This document shows positions 41,594 to 54,124 of a stretch of 64,000 bases of DNA, piece after piece. The position numbers and the translations under genes are program-made. The stretch comes from Octopus bimaculoides (lineage: Eukaryota). The DNA lies in the NCBI RefSeq assembly GCF_001194135.2, contig NC_069002.1, positions 2,828,450 through 2,892,449 of the forward strand, given 5' to 3'. The notes under the pieces were generated by a model. It saw only the letters and a program-made list of their open reading frames with translations, had not been told where the DNA came from and made no database searches. How positions within the stretch are numbered: the first letter of the stretch is position 1; each line of letters begins with the position of its first letter.

Positions 41594-41920
41594 CAGGCGT
41601 AGCTGTGTTGTAAGAAGCTTGTTTCCCAACCACGCGGCACCTTGGGCAAATGTCTTCTACTATAGCCTCGGGTCGATCAAAGCCTTGTGAATCGATTTGG
41701 TAGACGGAAACTGGAAGAAGCCTATCGTATATACATGTATGTATATGTATGTGTGTGCCACTGTGTCTGTGTTGCCCCCACCCCACAACAACCGATGTTG
41801 GTGTGTTTCCTTCCCCCATAGCTTAGTGGTTCGGCGTGAGACCAAGTACCAAGCTTACAAAGAATAAGTTCCGGGGTCGATTTCTTCGACTGAAAGGCGC
41901 TGCTCCAGCATGGTCCCAGT
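41594..41920 (+). mobile_element. SINE family B (CORE-type), near full length with an internal deletion in the head
   Basis: GGCGTAGCTGTGTTGTAAGAAGCTTGTTTCCCAACCAC|GCGGCACCTTGGGCAAATGTCTTCTACTATAGCC... to GGCGCTGCTCCAGCATGG. The B-box segment is lost between two CCAC words compared with the 32325 copy. Confidence 0.88.
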
Positions 41921-42274
41921 TACATAATCAAAAAATAGAAGAACAGTCAGCAACCCACACAGCTGTAACTTAAAGCTACCATAAAACCAACCGGAATAAA
42001 CCCAATATGACCAACTCACAGTACCAAGTGCAGTTTCAATATCATGAAGAACAATGAAAGCTAACAATAAAGTAATGAGTCTTGTTATATATAACATAAA
42101 TAAATCATTATTTAATTATGATTTATCACGACGCCATTTTAAGCTTGTCTGGCTATATTTCGTATGTGGTTGGAGCAACCTGCTAGAAGTAGTAACTACA
42201 TCTCGCCCCTGATTGCATCGTACAGTCTTTAGAATGAAAGCTTTATTCGATAATGTAGTTATAGCTTTTGTCCT

Positions 42275-42430
42275 TTGTCTTTCACTTGTTTCAGTAGTTA
42301 AACTGTGGCCATGCTGGGGCAATACCTTGGAGGGTTTTATTCAGATATATCAATCTCAGTACTTGGTATATCTAATACCTAACTCCATCGGTATGTTAGG
42401 CAAACCACGTTGTAACGGAGACATAAATCA
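42275..42430 (-). mobile_element. SINE family B 3' tail fragment
   Basis: CTTGTTTCAGTAGTTAAACTGTGGCCATGCTGGGGCA is the reverse complement of the family B terminus. Confidence 0.7.
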
Positions 42431-42886
42431 TTACAGGTTATTAAGCGGTGATATCTACAAACACACACACATATGTGTATATATATGTGTATATATATGT
42501 GTATATATATGTGTATATATATATATATTTCGTTTTTTTATTTGGTTTGCAAGATTCTTTTATATATTTTATTGTGTCTGAGGAGAGTCATTCTCTTTTA
42601 GTGCCTTATTATTTAACACACCCACCGGTTCGATTTCCATTAATTTTTTTTTTCTAAAATTTTCGTTAAAGACTCCGTGTAGGGGTGTTTGTACCTAATA
42701 TTCTTGTTGTGTGTGCAGACAAAACAACCCAGCAAGGTTATAACTAAGAGATGCGAGCTGGCAGAAAAATGTGTGTTATTGTGTGTTTGTGTGTGTCTGT
42801 GTGTGTATGTGTGTGCGTATGTGTGTGTGTGCCCAGCTGTGCAAATCGATGGCGATACATTGTGGTGGGGTAATTCTTTCTATATT

Positions 42887-43186
42887 AACGTAATTAATTC
42901 ATTAATTATTTATATAATTACATTCTTAACATTACCGTAATTAAGTCCTTCACTATTAACGTAATTATGTTCTTCAAAATAAACGTAATTAAGTCTTTTT
43001 ATATCAACGTAATTATATATTAATGTAATTACATCCTTAATTTTTAACGTGATTAAGTCTTTAAATATCGACGTAAGTATATTAACGTTAATTAAGTACT
43101 TTAATATCAACGTAATTAACTTCTTATATATTATGATAAAGAAAGTCTTATATTTTAACGTGGTTAAGTCCTTAAACATTAACGTA
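42887..43186. repeat. AT-rich minisatellite, ~24-bp unit (consensus AACGTAATTAAGTCCTTAAATATT), about 12 copies
   Basis: AACGTAATTA-like starts recur at mostly 24-bp spacing, with two shortened units (16 and 14 bp). Confidence 0.9.
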
Positions 43187-43389
43187 GATCAATATATTCA
43201 CATAGCCATTCGCTAAAATTTCTTAATAATATGCGAAGGACGAAGGTCGATGTAATAAAATTTACTAACATCATTCAAGACGATGCAAATATATTGTCGC
43301 AGTTTACTAACTAAAACTAGAATAGTAATAATAATAATAAAAGTATAAGAAAATATTTAATGGCCTTTGTTCCTCTGAAATGGCTTATC

Positions 43390-43486
43390 CCGTGCCACTA
43401 GTACCATAATCTGGGCGCGGCAGCCAGATTTCTTCAGACGTTTGGAGGTTTTCCTTGGGACGCCTCACTTTTTAGTTCTGGTGAGT
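43390..43486 (+). other. Possible CpG-rich 5' exon ending in a consensus splice donor
   Basis: 13 CpGs in 43390-43550 against an AT-rich background; CTG|GTGAGT at 43478-43486. No recognisable coding content. Confidence 0.25.
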
Positions 43487-44130
43487 AATCGAAACGCCGT
43501 CTTCGACGCACGCTTGGATACTTTGGGAGTAGCCGATAGGAGAGGAGCGTGTAAAAGCATAGCAACTAATACGCCTTGCTCTATCTAACCTCGAGCAAAA
43601 CAATATAGAAAAATTCACTTTACGCATTTGATTTTTTGAAGGGTGAAAGATTTCTGTCAGTAATTCAAAGATACCTCTTGTCACACGCTCTCAGTCTGTG
43701 ATCCGCCTGAATATTATTACATTACCTGTTTGTATGCTATTAGAATACCCACCTGCTTACTCGCTAATTCAATGCGTAAGGGATTTAATTGATTGGAAGA
43801 CCGAGTCCTCTTCGCCGAAAATAACCATGTTCTAGTTACTTTTATTATGCAGTAACAGATACGTCACAACGCAGTGATCTGTAAGCCAAGACATTGTAAG
43901 CAATTAGTTAAGCCTAGCCAAGTCAACCAAGAAACCAATTAGGCTAAGCGTAACTAAATCATATCACAATAAACAAGTCTCAAAAACACTGGCAACTAAT
44001 TCGTTTGGTATTTGGTCTTGTTACATAGTGAGGAAATTACTGTCAAGCTAAACTAAACCAACCTAAACCAAAACAAACGAGTTCAAGCCGAGCCAAGAAA
44101 CCCCAAGCAAGCAATGACTCGATTAAACAG

Positions 44131-44282
44131 TTGTGCAAGTCAAGCCAAGCTATGCAAGGAAACGCATCGGAAAACTGAAGCATCTAATTCGTTTGACCAT
44201 GTTGAATAGAGAAGAATTTATAGTAATAGTGGAGAAATATAAACATCGAAGAATTCCATCTACTACATCTGTCTTTAACAAG
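44131..44282 (+). CDS. Tentative exon with a BACK-domain-like motif
   Basis: Reads RKRIGKLKHLIRLTMLNREEFIVIVEKYKHRRIP, similar to the L..IR(F/L)P.(M/L)..EEF..V motif of BTB-BACK proteins. Bounded by AG (44129-44130) and AAG|GTGACA (44283). The acceptor lacks a pyrimidine tract. Confidence 0.25.
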
Positions 44283-44543
44283 GTGACATTATCGAAACCC
44301 AATACACAAACAAGTGTCAATCTTATGGTGCCTAGAGTAAAATTCTCTGATATTTCCATTCGACTAATTCTGTCAGAATGACATGCTTTAAACGCAACAA
44401 GACACTTAGAGATACAGTTACAAATTACTACGGGGTTGAGTTTTGGCTAAATCCATTGAGAAAATTGCATAACAAAGTCTTATTACGGCCATTTTCCGAC
44501 ATCTGCCTCGTGCATTCCAAATTGTGAGAGTCTAGATGTATGT

Positions 44544-44579
<36 letters not shown>

Positions 44580-44689
44580 GCAATTATGTGTCTGTATACA
44601 TATATCTACATTAATATCCGTATCTATCTAACTACATGTGTGTGTATTTTCAATGTGTACAAATAACGCGAAAAAAGTTCAGGGTAGCA

Positions 44690-46090
44690 AAGATCCACAT
44701 AAGTGCCACGGATATTACAGCCTACCTATAAAGGCAGAAATCTCAGGGTTAAGCGGAATGTTTTTGTATAACATAGATAAATTAAGAAATGGAGATCGAA
44801 AATTTGTTGCTGATGACCCCCACCCACCCAATTCATTTTAGAGAGAAACTACTTCATATCCAGTAACGTGGCCCATCGGCAAAGGTCAGGAATGGTCATT
44901 GGAAGGAAAGTTGTCCCCAAATGTGCCAACGTAGTCTTAAGATACCATGAAATGAAAATCTACGAGGCCTTTGATATTTTAGGGGAAGAATTCAGCTGTC
45001 TTTTTTTAAAAGAAAACTGGAAAATATTTCTAGATGATTGCTTTATTTTGTGGAAAGAAAATATTCAAGTATTTCTAAAACTTTATAAACAACATAAAGC
45101 CACTCATCCAATTTACTCTTAGACATTCAAAGAACAATAAGAAATGCAACACTGGAAACCGACATTTACTTTCAAGTCACCCACTCAAGACAATACTTCC
45201 TCTTTGCATCATGTCACACAAAGCAAGCACAAAGCAACAGTCCAGTCAACCTAGCAAAACGAATATGTACAATCGTATCAAGTCATCAAACAAGAGGCTG
45301 GAGATGAGACGAAATGAAAGAAATACTAATCAGGAGAAAAGACATCATAAAAGTGATTCAATTTGTAATTCAGAAAGCCAAACAAATTAACATCCTAGAA
45401 CGTCGAACAACAAAACCGAAATAGGGAAAAAAAACATGCAATTTCATTTGTTTCAACTTTTAACGCAAGGAACACCGAAAATTTCTCCACTACATGTTTA
45501 AAGCTAGCAATAAATGAAAAAAGCAATCTGTTGATAAAACACCCAATTATAAAAAGCAAGAGGTAAACGAAATCGCTAAAAACTCATTTTGACCATTGCA
45601 AAAATGCATTCACAAACAGCAGACCCTACATTAAGTAACTATAACCGGCTAAACTGTAGGTTGTTGAGCTATGTGTTGGAGAGTCCCAAGTTCCAGTTCA
45701 AATAAGACTCTACCTTCAAAATTTAGGGGAAACATGCCAATAAGGTATCATGTCCACAGTAGTTCTAACCAGTCTCACGACCCTTTTACTCTAAAGATGT
45801 TGCTATATTGTGTTCGTGCCCCAGCTTGGCCGCAGTCTAATTCCTGAAACAAATAAAAGATAAACTATAAAAATACTAACACAGAAACGGCAAATTTCTG
45901 CACAGATATGAAACAACTGTTACAACTTCTCTACTCGCAAGTGCATTCCTATCTTTCTTAAGAATAATTTTCTTTCTAAAGTAATCTACCAAATGAAATA
46001 AATACCCAATCACCTTGGGGTGTACACAGATTAAAATATAGAACGATACAGAAACAAATTCATCGTTGTAAATAAATCATGTACTTCACT
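44690..46090 (+). mobile_element. Decayed Penelope-like element (PLE): RT, thumb and GIY-YIG remnants
   Basis: FILERNYFISSNVAHRQRSGMVIGRKVVPKCANVV...ENWKIFLDDCFILW (RT; FLDD at 45027-45038), then ETDIY/FKSPHSRQYFLFASCH...NLAKRICTIVS (PLE thumb), then LNCRLLSYVLESPKFQFK.DSTFKI (start of the endonuclease region). Multiple stops and frameshifts. Confidence 0.85.
45816..45865 (+). mobile_element. SINE family B 3' terminus nested in the PLE
   Basis: GTGCCCCAGCTTGGCCGCAGTCTAATTCCTGAAACAAATAAAAGATAAA. Confidence 0.75.
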
Positions 46091-49000
46091 TATTTCAAAT
46101 AACCAAATGATGGGAAACAAACTTGCATTAGCCAGAAAATTGAAGACCATGTTATAAACAACTTCTCAAAATTGGACACAACATGCAATACATCTAGCCA
46201 TTAACTAACAATGAAAATATAATGCAAAAACACTAAAATTATACATTTCCATGGTGACAACAAACCAAAGAAGCTGCTAACTGAGTTGTGAGCATTCTGC
46301 AAATGAATAATGTGATTTAAAGATTTGATTGCAAATCCATCGGATTGGTTTTACATTATCCAAGCAAGTATGACGTCCTTGTAGATTCACCAAGACACAC
46401 TGTCAACAAACCACTCTGCACAACGTAAAATAACACTTGTGAGTGAGACATTAGTTGACAACGAACAAACTACATACGGAATTCTCGAAGAATGAAGGCG
46501 AAAATCAAAAAACAAAACAGTTGATTAGTTAAGGGAATCGTATTAACGACACAATGCATATAGGAACTGGCTATTAGGGTATTCTAGTAATAAGAACAAT
46601 ACATTTTGGCTGAAAGTTAGTTACAGTCAAAAGTATACGTTACGTGGTAACACGACGATAAGTATAAAACCAGTTTAATTACCCCAGCAAAAGAAGTAGT
46701 AGTAAGAGTAATAATTTTAAACAGAAGAGAACTGGAAGAAACAAATTGATGTTCCCAAAATCCTGCTGAGGATTAACACGAAATTTGCAAAAAATCTTTC
46801 ATGGAAAGATAAAATATATGTATATATTTCCGTGTGAGTTAGAGGATGAGAAACCAACTAAGGGATAGTACCTATCCAATATATTGCTGGTAGTGTACCC
46901 AAATATTGCGCGGCAATCTCGCAATTGAGTGTCATTTATGGGCGGGGGTAAAAAGTGGTTTATCCTTGACTTATTCGGCAAATAAGAAAGTGGAGAGGAT
47001 ACAAAATGGGCAGGCATCAGCCGGTGAACATTCCAGTAAGTCTATTTATTTCAATGTATTAGATGAAAACACACACATGTATTAGTGGTACAGATGATCA
47101 AATAGAAAGAATTGGTAATTGCAAAAACAAGGGTGTGGAAGCATATAGTCATATAGGAACAGGTGATTAATTGAGTAAATGAGCAAATGACCAAATGAGT
47201 AAAAGAGTAAATGAACAGATTATTAGTAAAAGCGAATTTCTGTGTAGGTGTACATGTACATGCGTATCGCTTCCGGATTGAAGACGGCATAATTCGAGAT
47301 ACACTCTCGAAGCCTTCTTCTTCCTACATTAGTTTTCTCATCCCTATGTGTATCTTACTGGTGTATTAAATAAAATTACTTTTCCTTTCAATCATTCTTA
47401 TGAGAGTGCAGAAAGGGAAAAATCATACAGGCTTGTTCAGTATCAAACCATTTTTTGGTTAACGGTTTTCGTTTTTGTTTTTCCTTTTTATTTCTTTCGT
47501 TTCAATCGAATAAATTGCCGTGTCAAGCCTAGGATATGGGAAGTCTAATGTTTTTGTCAAACGTATACATATGTGTGTGTGTGTGTGTGTGTGCGTTCGT
47601 GTGTGTTGTGTTGTGTTTGTGAGTGAGTGACTGTTTGTGTATATGTACATGTATATACATATATATATATTTATGTATATACATATGCATGTATATACAT
47701 ACATATATATATATGTGTGTGTGTGTATGTATATACATGCATATATATATATATATATANNNNNNNNNNNNNNNNNNNNNNNNNNNNNNNNNNNNNNNNN
47801 NNNNNNNNNNNNNNNNNNNNNNNNNNNNNNNNNNNNNNNNNNNNNNNNNNNNNNNNNNNNNNNNNNNNNNNNNNNNNNNNNNNNNNNNNNNNNNNNNNNN
47901 NNNNNNNNNNNNNNNNNNNNNNNNNNNNNNNNNNNNNNNNNNNNNNNNNNNNNNNNNNNNNNNNNNNNNNNNNNNNNNNNNNNNNNNNNNNNNNNNNNNN
48001 NNNNNNNNNNNNNNNNNNNNNNNNNNNNNNNNNNNNNNNNNNNNNNNNNNNNNNNNNNNNNNNNNNNNNNNNNNNNNNNNNNNNNNNNNNNNNNNNNNNN
48101 NNNNNNNNNNNNNNNNNNNNNNNNNNNNNNNNNNNNNNNNNNNNNNNNNNNNNNNNNNNNNNNNNNNNNNNNNNNNNNNNNNNNNNNNNNNNNNNNNNNN
48201 NNNNNNNNNNNNNNNNNNNNNNNNNNNNNNNNNNNNNNNNNNNNNNNNNNNNNNNNNNNNNNNNNNNNNNNNNNNNNNNNNNNNNNNNNNNNNNNNNNNN
48301 NNNNNNNNNNNNNNNNNNNNNNNNNNNNNNNNNNNNNNNNNNNNNNNNNNNNNNNNNNNNNNNNNNNNNNNNNNNNNNNNNNNNNNNNNNNNNNNNNNNN
48401 NNNNNNNNNNNNNNNNNNNNNNNNNNNNNNNNNNNNNNNNNNNNNNNNNNNNNNNNNNNNNNNNNNNNNNNNNNNNNNNNNNNNNNNNNNNNNNNNNNNN
48501 NNNNNNNNNNNNNNNNNNNNNNNNNNNNNNNNNNNNNNNNNNNNNCATATGCATGTATATACATACATATATATATATGTGTGTGTGTGTATGTATCTAT
48601 ACATCCGTACACACACATGCATACACGATTCCACACAATTCTCTAAATATCTTCAAAATATCTTCAAAATAACTGATGTTCATTTAAGAATTCTGAAGGG
48701 AATGAAACGAAGCATAAAAATGTTACTAGCAGAAATTTATTTCATAATATCGCATTTTAAACCTGCTCATATATATCGGTAAGCTATCATCTTTTTCTTT
48801 TTTTTTTTTCATTTTTTTTTCTTATATTGAATATTTGATGTGTTAATCTGAGAAACTCACTATTAGGATATAATTGTCTCATCAATGTTCTTTGCTGTGT
48901 GTTCAATCGTCGGCTTGGAATTCATAACCACACTGCCTCTCATTCTCACACACTACATGCCTCCGATTACAAAAGAATTCACAGGATAAATTAGTGCAGG

Positions 49001-49257
49001 TGTATAATGCCTCGACAGTCTCCATACAACTGGCGGCAGAATAGTCAGCACTTTGGGCAATATCCTAAGTAGGCAGAGTTCATGCCAGAATGTAAAGGAC
49101 ATTGTGCGTTTTCTGACTGCAATTCTGTCAAACAGGCTGTCACTTTTTTTTTCTCTGGACGTTATTTTGGATGAGTGTGAAAATCAATTTAACACATTGC
49201 TTACCGATAGAACAGTAAACGGTGTACCATTTCCATTCTCTTATTGGTCAGTCCTAT

Positions 49258-49500
49258 CGAGGAGCATGGTTTAGTGGTTTAGGATGTGAGACGTATGACC
49301 ATAAGATTGTGGTTTCGATTCCTGGACCAGGTGATGCGTTGTGTTCTTCAGTAAAAAGCTTCATTTCTTGTCGCTCTTGTCCATCCACCCAGGTTGTAAT
49401 AATAAACAATCTAGCGACGTATCCGTGTCCCGTTCAGGAATGAATCCATACGCCTGAAAAACCCGGGTAACAGAGGAGAAACTCGAGAGGCTTCCATGTT
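49258..49500 (+). mobile_element. SINE family C (tRNA head plus CORE-like segment)
   Basis: A-box-like TGGTTTAGTGG, B-box-like GTTTCGATTCC, then GCGTTGTGTTCTTCAGTAAAAAGC...GTCCATCCACCCAG and CTAGCGACGTATCCGTGTCCCGTTCAGG. The head is related to 55266-55368. Confidence 0.7.
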
Positions 49501-49836
49501 TGGTAGCGAAAACACGGCCCTGTAAAATTACTGAAAACATAGTCGTTTACGATGCTTGTTTGCAAATGTGTGCTGTGGACTGTGTGTCTGGGTCTGTGCG
49601 TATGTATGTATATATGTGTGTGCGCGCGCGTGCGTGTGTGTTTGTCTGTATGTTTATTTGTATGTGTACGAGTGTGTGTGTTTTTTTTCTCTGTATGCGC
49701 TTGCGTGTGTGTACGTGAGTGCATGTGTGTGTGTGTGCGTGTGTGTGCGTGTGTTCATAAACAAAGTATATTTCTGCTGATGAAGACATTAAAGAATAAC
49801 TCGTGTCTATAATTTGATCGGTCGGAAATTCGCTCG

Positions 49837-49878
<42 letters not shown>

Positions 49879-50773
49879 TAGATATTTCATTTCAACAACT
49901 GTCTTTTTTTTTTCTTTAATCTCTGACTCGAGAAAATTACAATAAATCAAACATGATGTGTTACATCCAGTTTACTTAAATCATATGAGAAAACCTCTAA
50001 TCATGGCCACCTAAGAGATATTTCTCTCAGCCCAGTTTTTATTATGCAAATTTATAATATGCAAATTTTCATTGGCAAAAAATACTTCCATAGGCAAGAA
50101 GCGGTTGAACAAAATAAATTGTTGAATCAGAACGTAATACGTGTCACTATCTCTTAATATAGTCGGCCTAGCTGCCGTTATTAGAAAGTCCCTAATATGT
50201 AAATACACAATTATGTTCAAGTATTTTAAATTTATCTGCCCTTCTTCGCCAAAGATTTTAACCATTGCCGTTAGGTTTATTTTGCCTGTTTCTTCCCTCG
50301 GAGAGGGTATTTCAATAAAGTAAAAAGTAGTTGTCTACATCTTTCAGCAAACTGTTCCCTGAATTAATTATGCGAACCCATACTCTGGGGTTCCTTTTAG
50401 ATATTTAACTTAGTGACACTTACTTTGCATAAATACATACGCACACACATACACATAAATATAAATTTAAAAACATACACATAGAGAAATATATAGATAT
50501 ACATATATATATTTGTCTACATGTGTGTATATAATGTGTGTGTATATAGTGTGTATGTATATATATATGGCCTTATTTGGAAAATCACAACTTTGTTTTT
50601 TTGAGACCATCGCCATAATCATATTAGTTTCTCAGAGCTCAGACTGGAGGAAAAATCACTTAAACCTCAGAGGCTTTGGTAGACCTACACACAAACACAT
50701 TAATGTTTTACAGAGCTTTCAACATTCACGCATAGACCTTAGGTCAGACATATGCACAAAGATAGAAGTACAC

Positions 50774-50781
50774 AGACAGAC

Positions 50782-50863
<82 letters not shown>

Positions 50864-50868
50864 GTAGG

Positions 50869-50926
<58 letters not shown>
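50774..50926. repeat. Long (GATA)n repeat
   Basis: Direct reading. Confidence 0.97.
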
Positions 50927-50927
<1 letters not shown>

Positions 50928-51025
50928 AATACGTATGTATTTTGAGGCTGGGAAATGAAAACCAGTATATTTAAGAATAGATAAAAGATTTAAATGTATT
51001 TTATTATACACAGTCTCTCTCACTT

Positions 51026-51082
<57 letters not shown>

Positions 51083-52012
51083 TACTCATAAACACACTTA
51101 CTCACACACTCACGCATACACCCACGCACACATACACACATACATACACACACACTCACACATAGCCACGCGTACACGTACGTCCACATGCACATCCTAT
51201 TTATTTAGCTATTAATCATTTTCTTTGTGCTTATATACATAAATCTCTGTTAATATTTGTGTATCTATTTCTGTATTTCAACATGTGCTTGTATGTATTC
51301 ATATATAAATCATATGCATAGATATATACATACTTACATATATANNNNNNNNNNNNNNNNNNNNNNNNNNNNNNNNNNNNNNNNNNNNNNNNNNNNNNNN
51401 NNNNNNNNNNNNNNNNNNNNNNNNNNNNNNNNNNNNNNNNNNNNNNNNNNNNNNNNNNNNNNNNNNNNNNNNNNNNNNNNNNNNNNNNNNNNNNNNNNNN
51501 NNNNNNNNNNNNNNNNNNNNNNNNNNNNNNNNNNNNNNNNNNNNNNNNNNNNNNNNNNNNNNNNNNNNNNNNNNNNNNNNNNNNNNNNNNNNNNNNNNNN
51601 NNNNNNNNNNNNNNNNNNNNNNNNNNNNNNNNNNNNNNNNNNNNNNNNNNNNNNNNNNNNNNNNNNNNNNNNNNNNNNNNNNNNNNNNNNNNNNNNNNNN
51701 NNNNNNNNNNNNNNNNNNNNNNNNNNNNNNNNNNNNNNNNNNNNNNNNNTATATATATATATGATGGATGGATGGATGGATGGATGGATACGTTTTATTT
51801 CAATCTGCATTGAGATTTTATAAATACCAGCACTATCAGTAGCAGCAGCAGCATCATTAGCAACAATCACAACAACAACGCGAGGAAGAACAATAAGGAT
51901 ATCGCTACTAAGCACCACCAATTCCACAAGAAAGAAACAACTTCGCCAACAGCCGTAGCAACGAGAGCAAGCAGCAGCAGTAAATCTAACACCAGCATTA
52001 TTATTATTATTA

Positions 52013-52063
<51 letters not shown>

Positions 52064-52904
52064 ATTATTATTATCATCATCATCATCATCATCATTATCA
52101 TCGGTTGTGGTAGTAGTTGTAGTAGCAGTAGACAAAAATGAAAATAGGAAAACAGCACCTACACTCCCTATCATGAAAACAATATATAAAGAGAAAACTA
52201 AAAAAAAAACTAACCAGCAACGAAATAAAGATATAAATATAATATATAAATGAGTAAAAAAAAAGAAAAGAAATTGATAAAAAGGAGAAATTGATAAATA
52301 AACTCTAAAGACGAACGAAAACAACTGCAGCAAACACACGTAGAAAGATGAATGTAAACGCACACATGCGCCTCCAACGTACTGACGAAACATCACAGCA
52401 CATAGCTGGCACAAAACACTGTAAATAGACATCGAAATGATCCCGACTTAAATTTAAATTTCGCTATACAGTTAGCTTTCCCAAATGCATTTTGACAATA
52501 ATTCCTGCATTGTAAAGAACTTTGCAGAAAGAAGAATTTCTATTTTTAAGTCATTCATTGCATCTTGAAGATTACCATTCTCTTAGATTATTCCTAGATT
52601 TCTACGAGGATTTATTTAATGCCTTAAATTCATTAACTGAATTATTATCTGAAAATTGAAAGTAAAGGAGGAAATGGTAAAAACAATAAGCTGTACAGTG
52701 GGTGTGTGANNNNNNNNNNTATGTATGTATGTATGTATGTATGTATGTATGTATGCACGTATGTATGTACAGCATCCATATTTCTGTGTGCATGGACGTA
52801 TCGTTATGTTTCACACATGTATGACTATACACCTAAATAGACCCGAATATATGTGTGTATATGCGTGTCTGTGTATTTCTGCATTTACATAAAAATATAT
52901 ACTC

Positions 52905-52984
<80 letters not shown>

Positions 52985-53493
52985 ATGTATATGTATATGC
53001 ATCTCTATGTATATCTGGACTTAAATATAAACTGATGAATCAGTGCATTAACGGACATAGTGTATTATTAGATTCCAGGCATTCATATATCTATGTATGT
53101 ACTTTGCATGTATGCATGTACGTATGTGTCTATATACTATGCATGAATGCATGTACGTGTGTATTCTTTCTATAATTTGTTTTCTATTTTTGTGAGGAAT
53201 ATTACATAGTCAGAGTTGTCTTCTATAACTTTCCAAATTTTCTTTTGCGATGTGCGATATAATGTACAATCGATCCAAATTGGTATTGCACGGAGGAACC
53301 AATGCCAGAGAGATGCAACAATCGATCCATTGTGACAGACAGTGTCCAGAATTTTGCAGCATTCACTTTTAAATTCAATTATGTAAATCACATTGGTCAT
53401 CCGTGGTTTGTCCTTGGATTCTTGTGTCTCGACCCAAAAATGACCCACGCCCACATTAACAGCTGGTATCTTTTATGTTTTTACCTTTTATTT

Positions 53494-53590
53494 TTTACTC
53501 ATCTCAATCATTAGAGTGTGGCTACGCTGGGGCATGGCCTTATAGAATTTTTAGTCGAATGAATCGACTCCAGTCCTTATTTCTTTTTAA
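53494..53590 (-). mobile_element. SINE family B-related 3' tail fragment
   Basis: TTACTCATCTCAATCATTAGAGTGTGGCTACGCTGGGGCA...TAGTCGAATGAATCGACTCCAG. Confidence 0.65.
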
Positions 53591-54124
53591 GCTCGACCTC
53601 ATTTGGGGACGGAAACACACTAACTTTCTGAGAGAATGCAATGTAATGAAAGTCCAAACAGGGACCACAATTTATCGAGGTGTCTGAAAGGAGTTATAAT
53701 CCAATTCGTATGTGTCGGAACGTATTATGTATGAATATATGTGACATTGAGTTGATTTATGATGTTTTTCGAATACGTGGCGATTTATTTTCGGGTTGGC
53801 ATGCATCAGAGTGCATCAGAAAATAAGTCATTTACTGATTTCTAATAAACAAGAGTCGTAATTCTTGTTTAGCTTCGTTGATCTGAGAATAGCTTTGATG
53901 GGAGAGACTGAAACACGCTGAAACACTGCAGTGAACTAAAGTCACCTTACTTCAATGAATCGAATGTGTTGTGAACGTCTGAGAAGAACTTGTTATCCTC
54001 AGACAAAATACCGCAGCGATACGCGTATTCACATTCGAATCTACCGTGTTAAGACTGAATATATAAAACGCCATTTTCATTTTCGTTGTTCACTGTGCAC
54101 GTGACCTTTTAATATATTTGAGAT

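Noticed and set aside
49777-49835. CTGATGAAGAC...GTCGGAAAT hammerhead-like string
   Set aside because: Extra G before GAAA, and no credible stem III or stem I.
53170-53454. 94-aa non-repetitive minus-strand ORF (…WHWFLRAIPIWIDCTLYRTSQKKIWKV…)
   Set aside because: No family motif recognised and no clear splice signals. A BLASTP/HMMER search would be needed to revive it.
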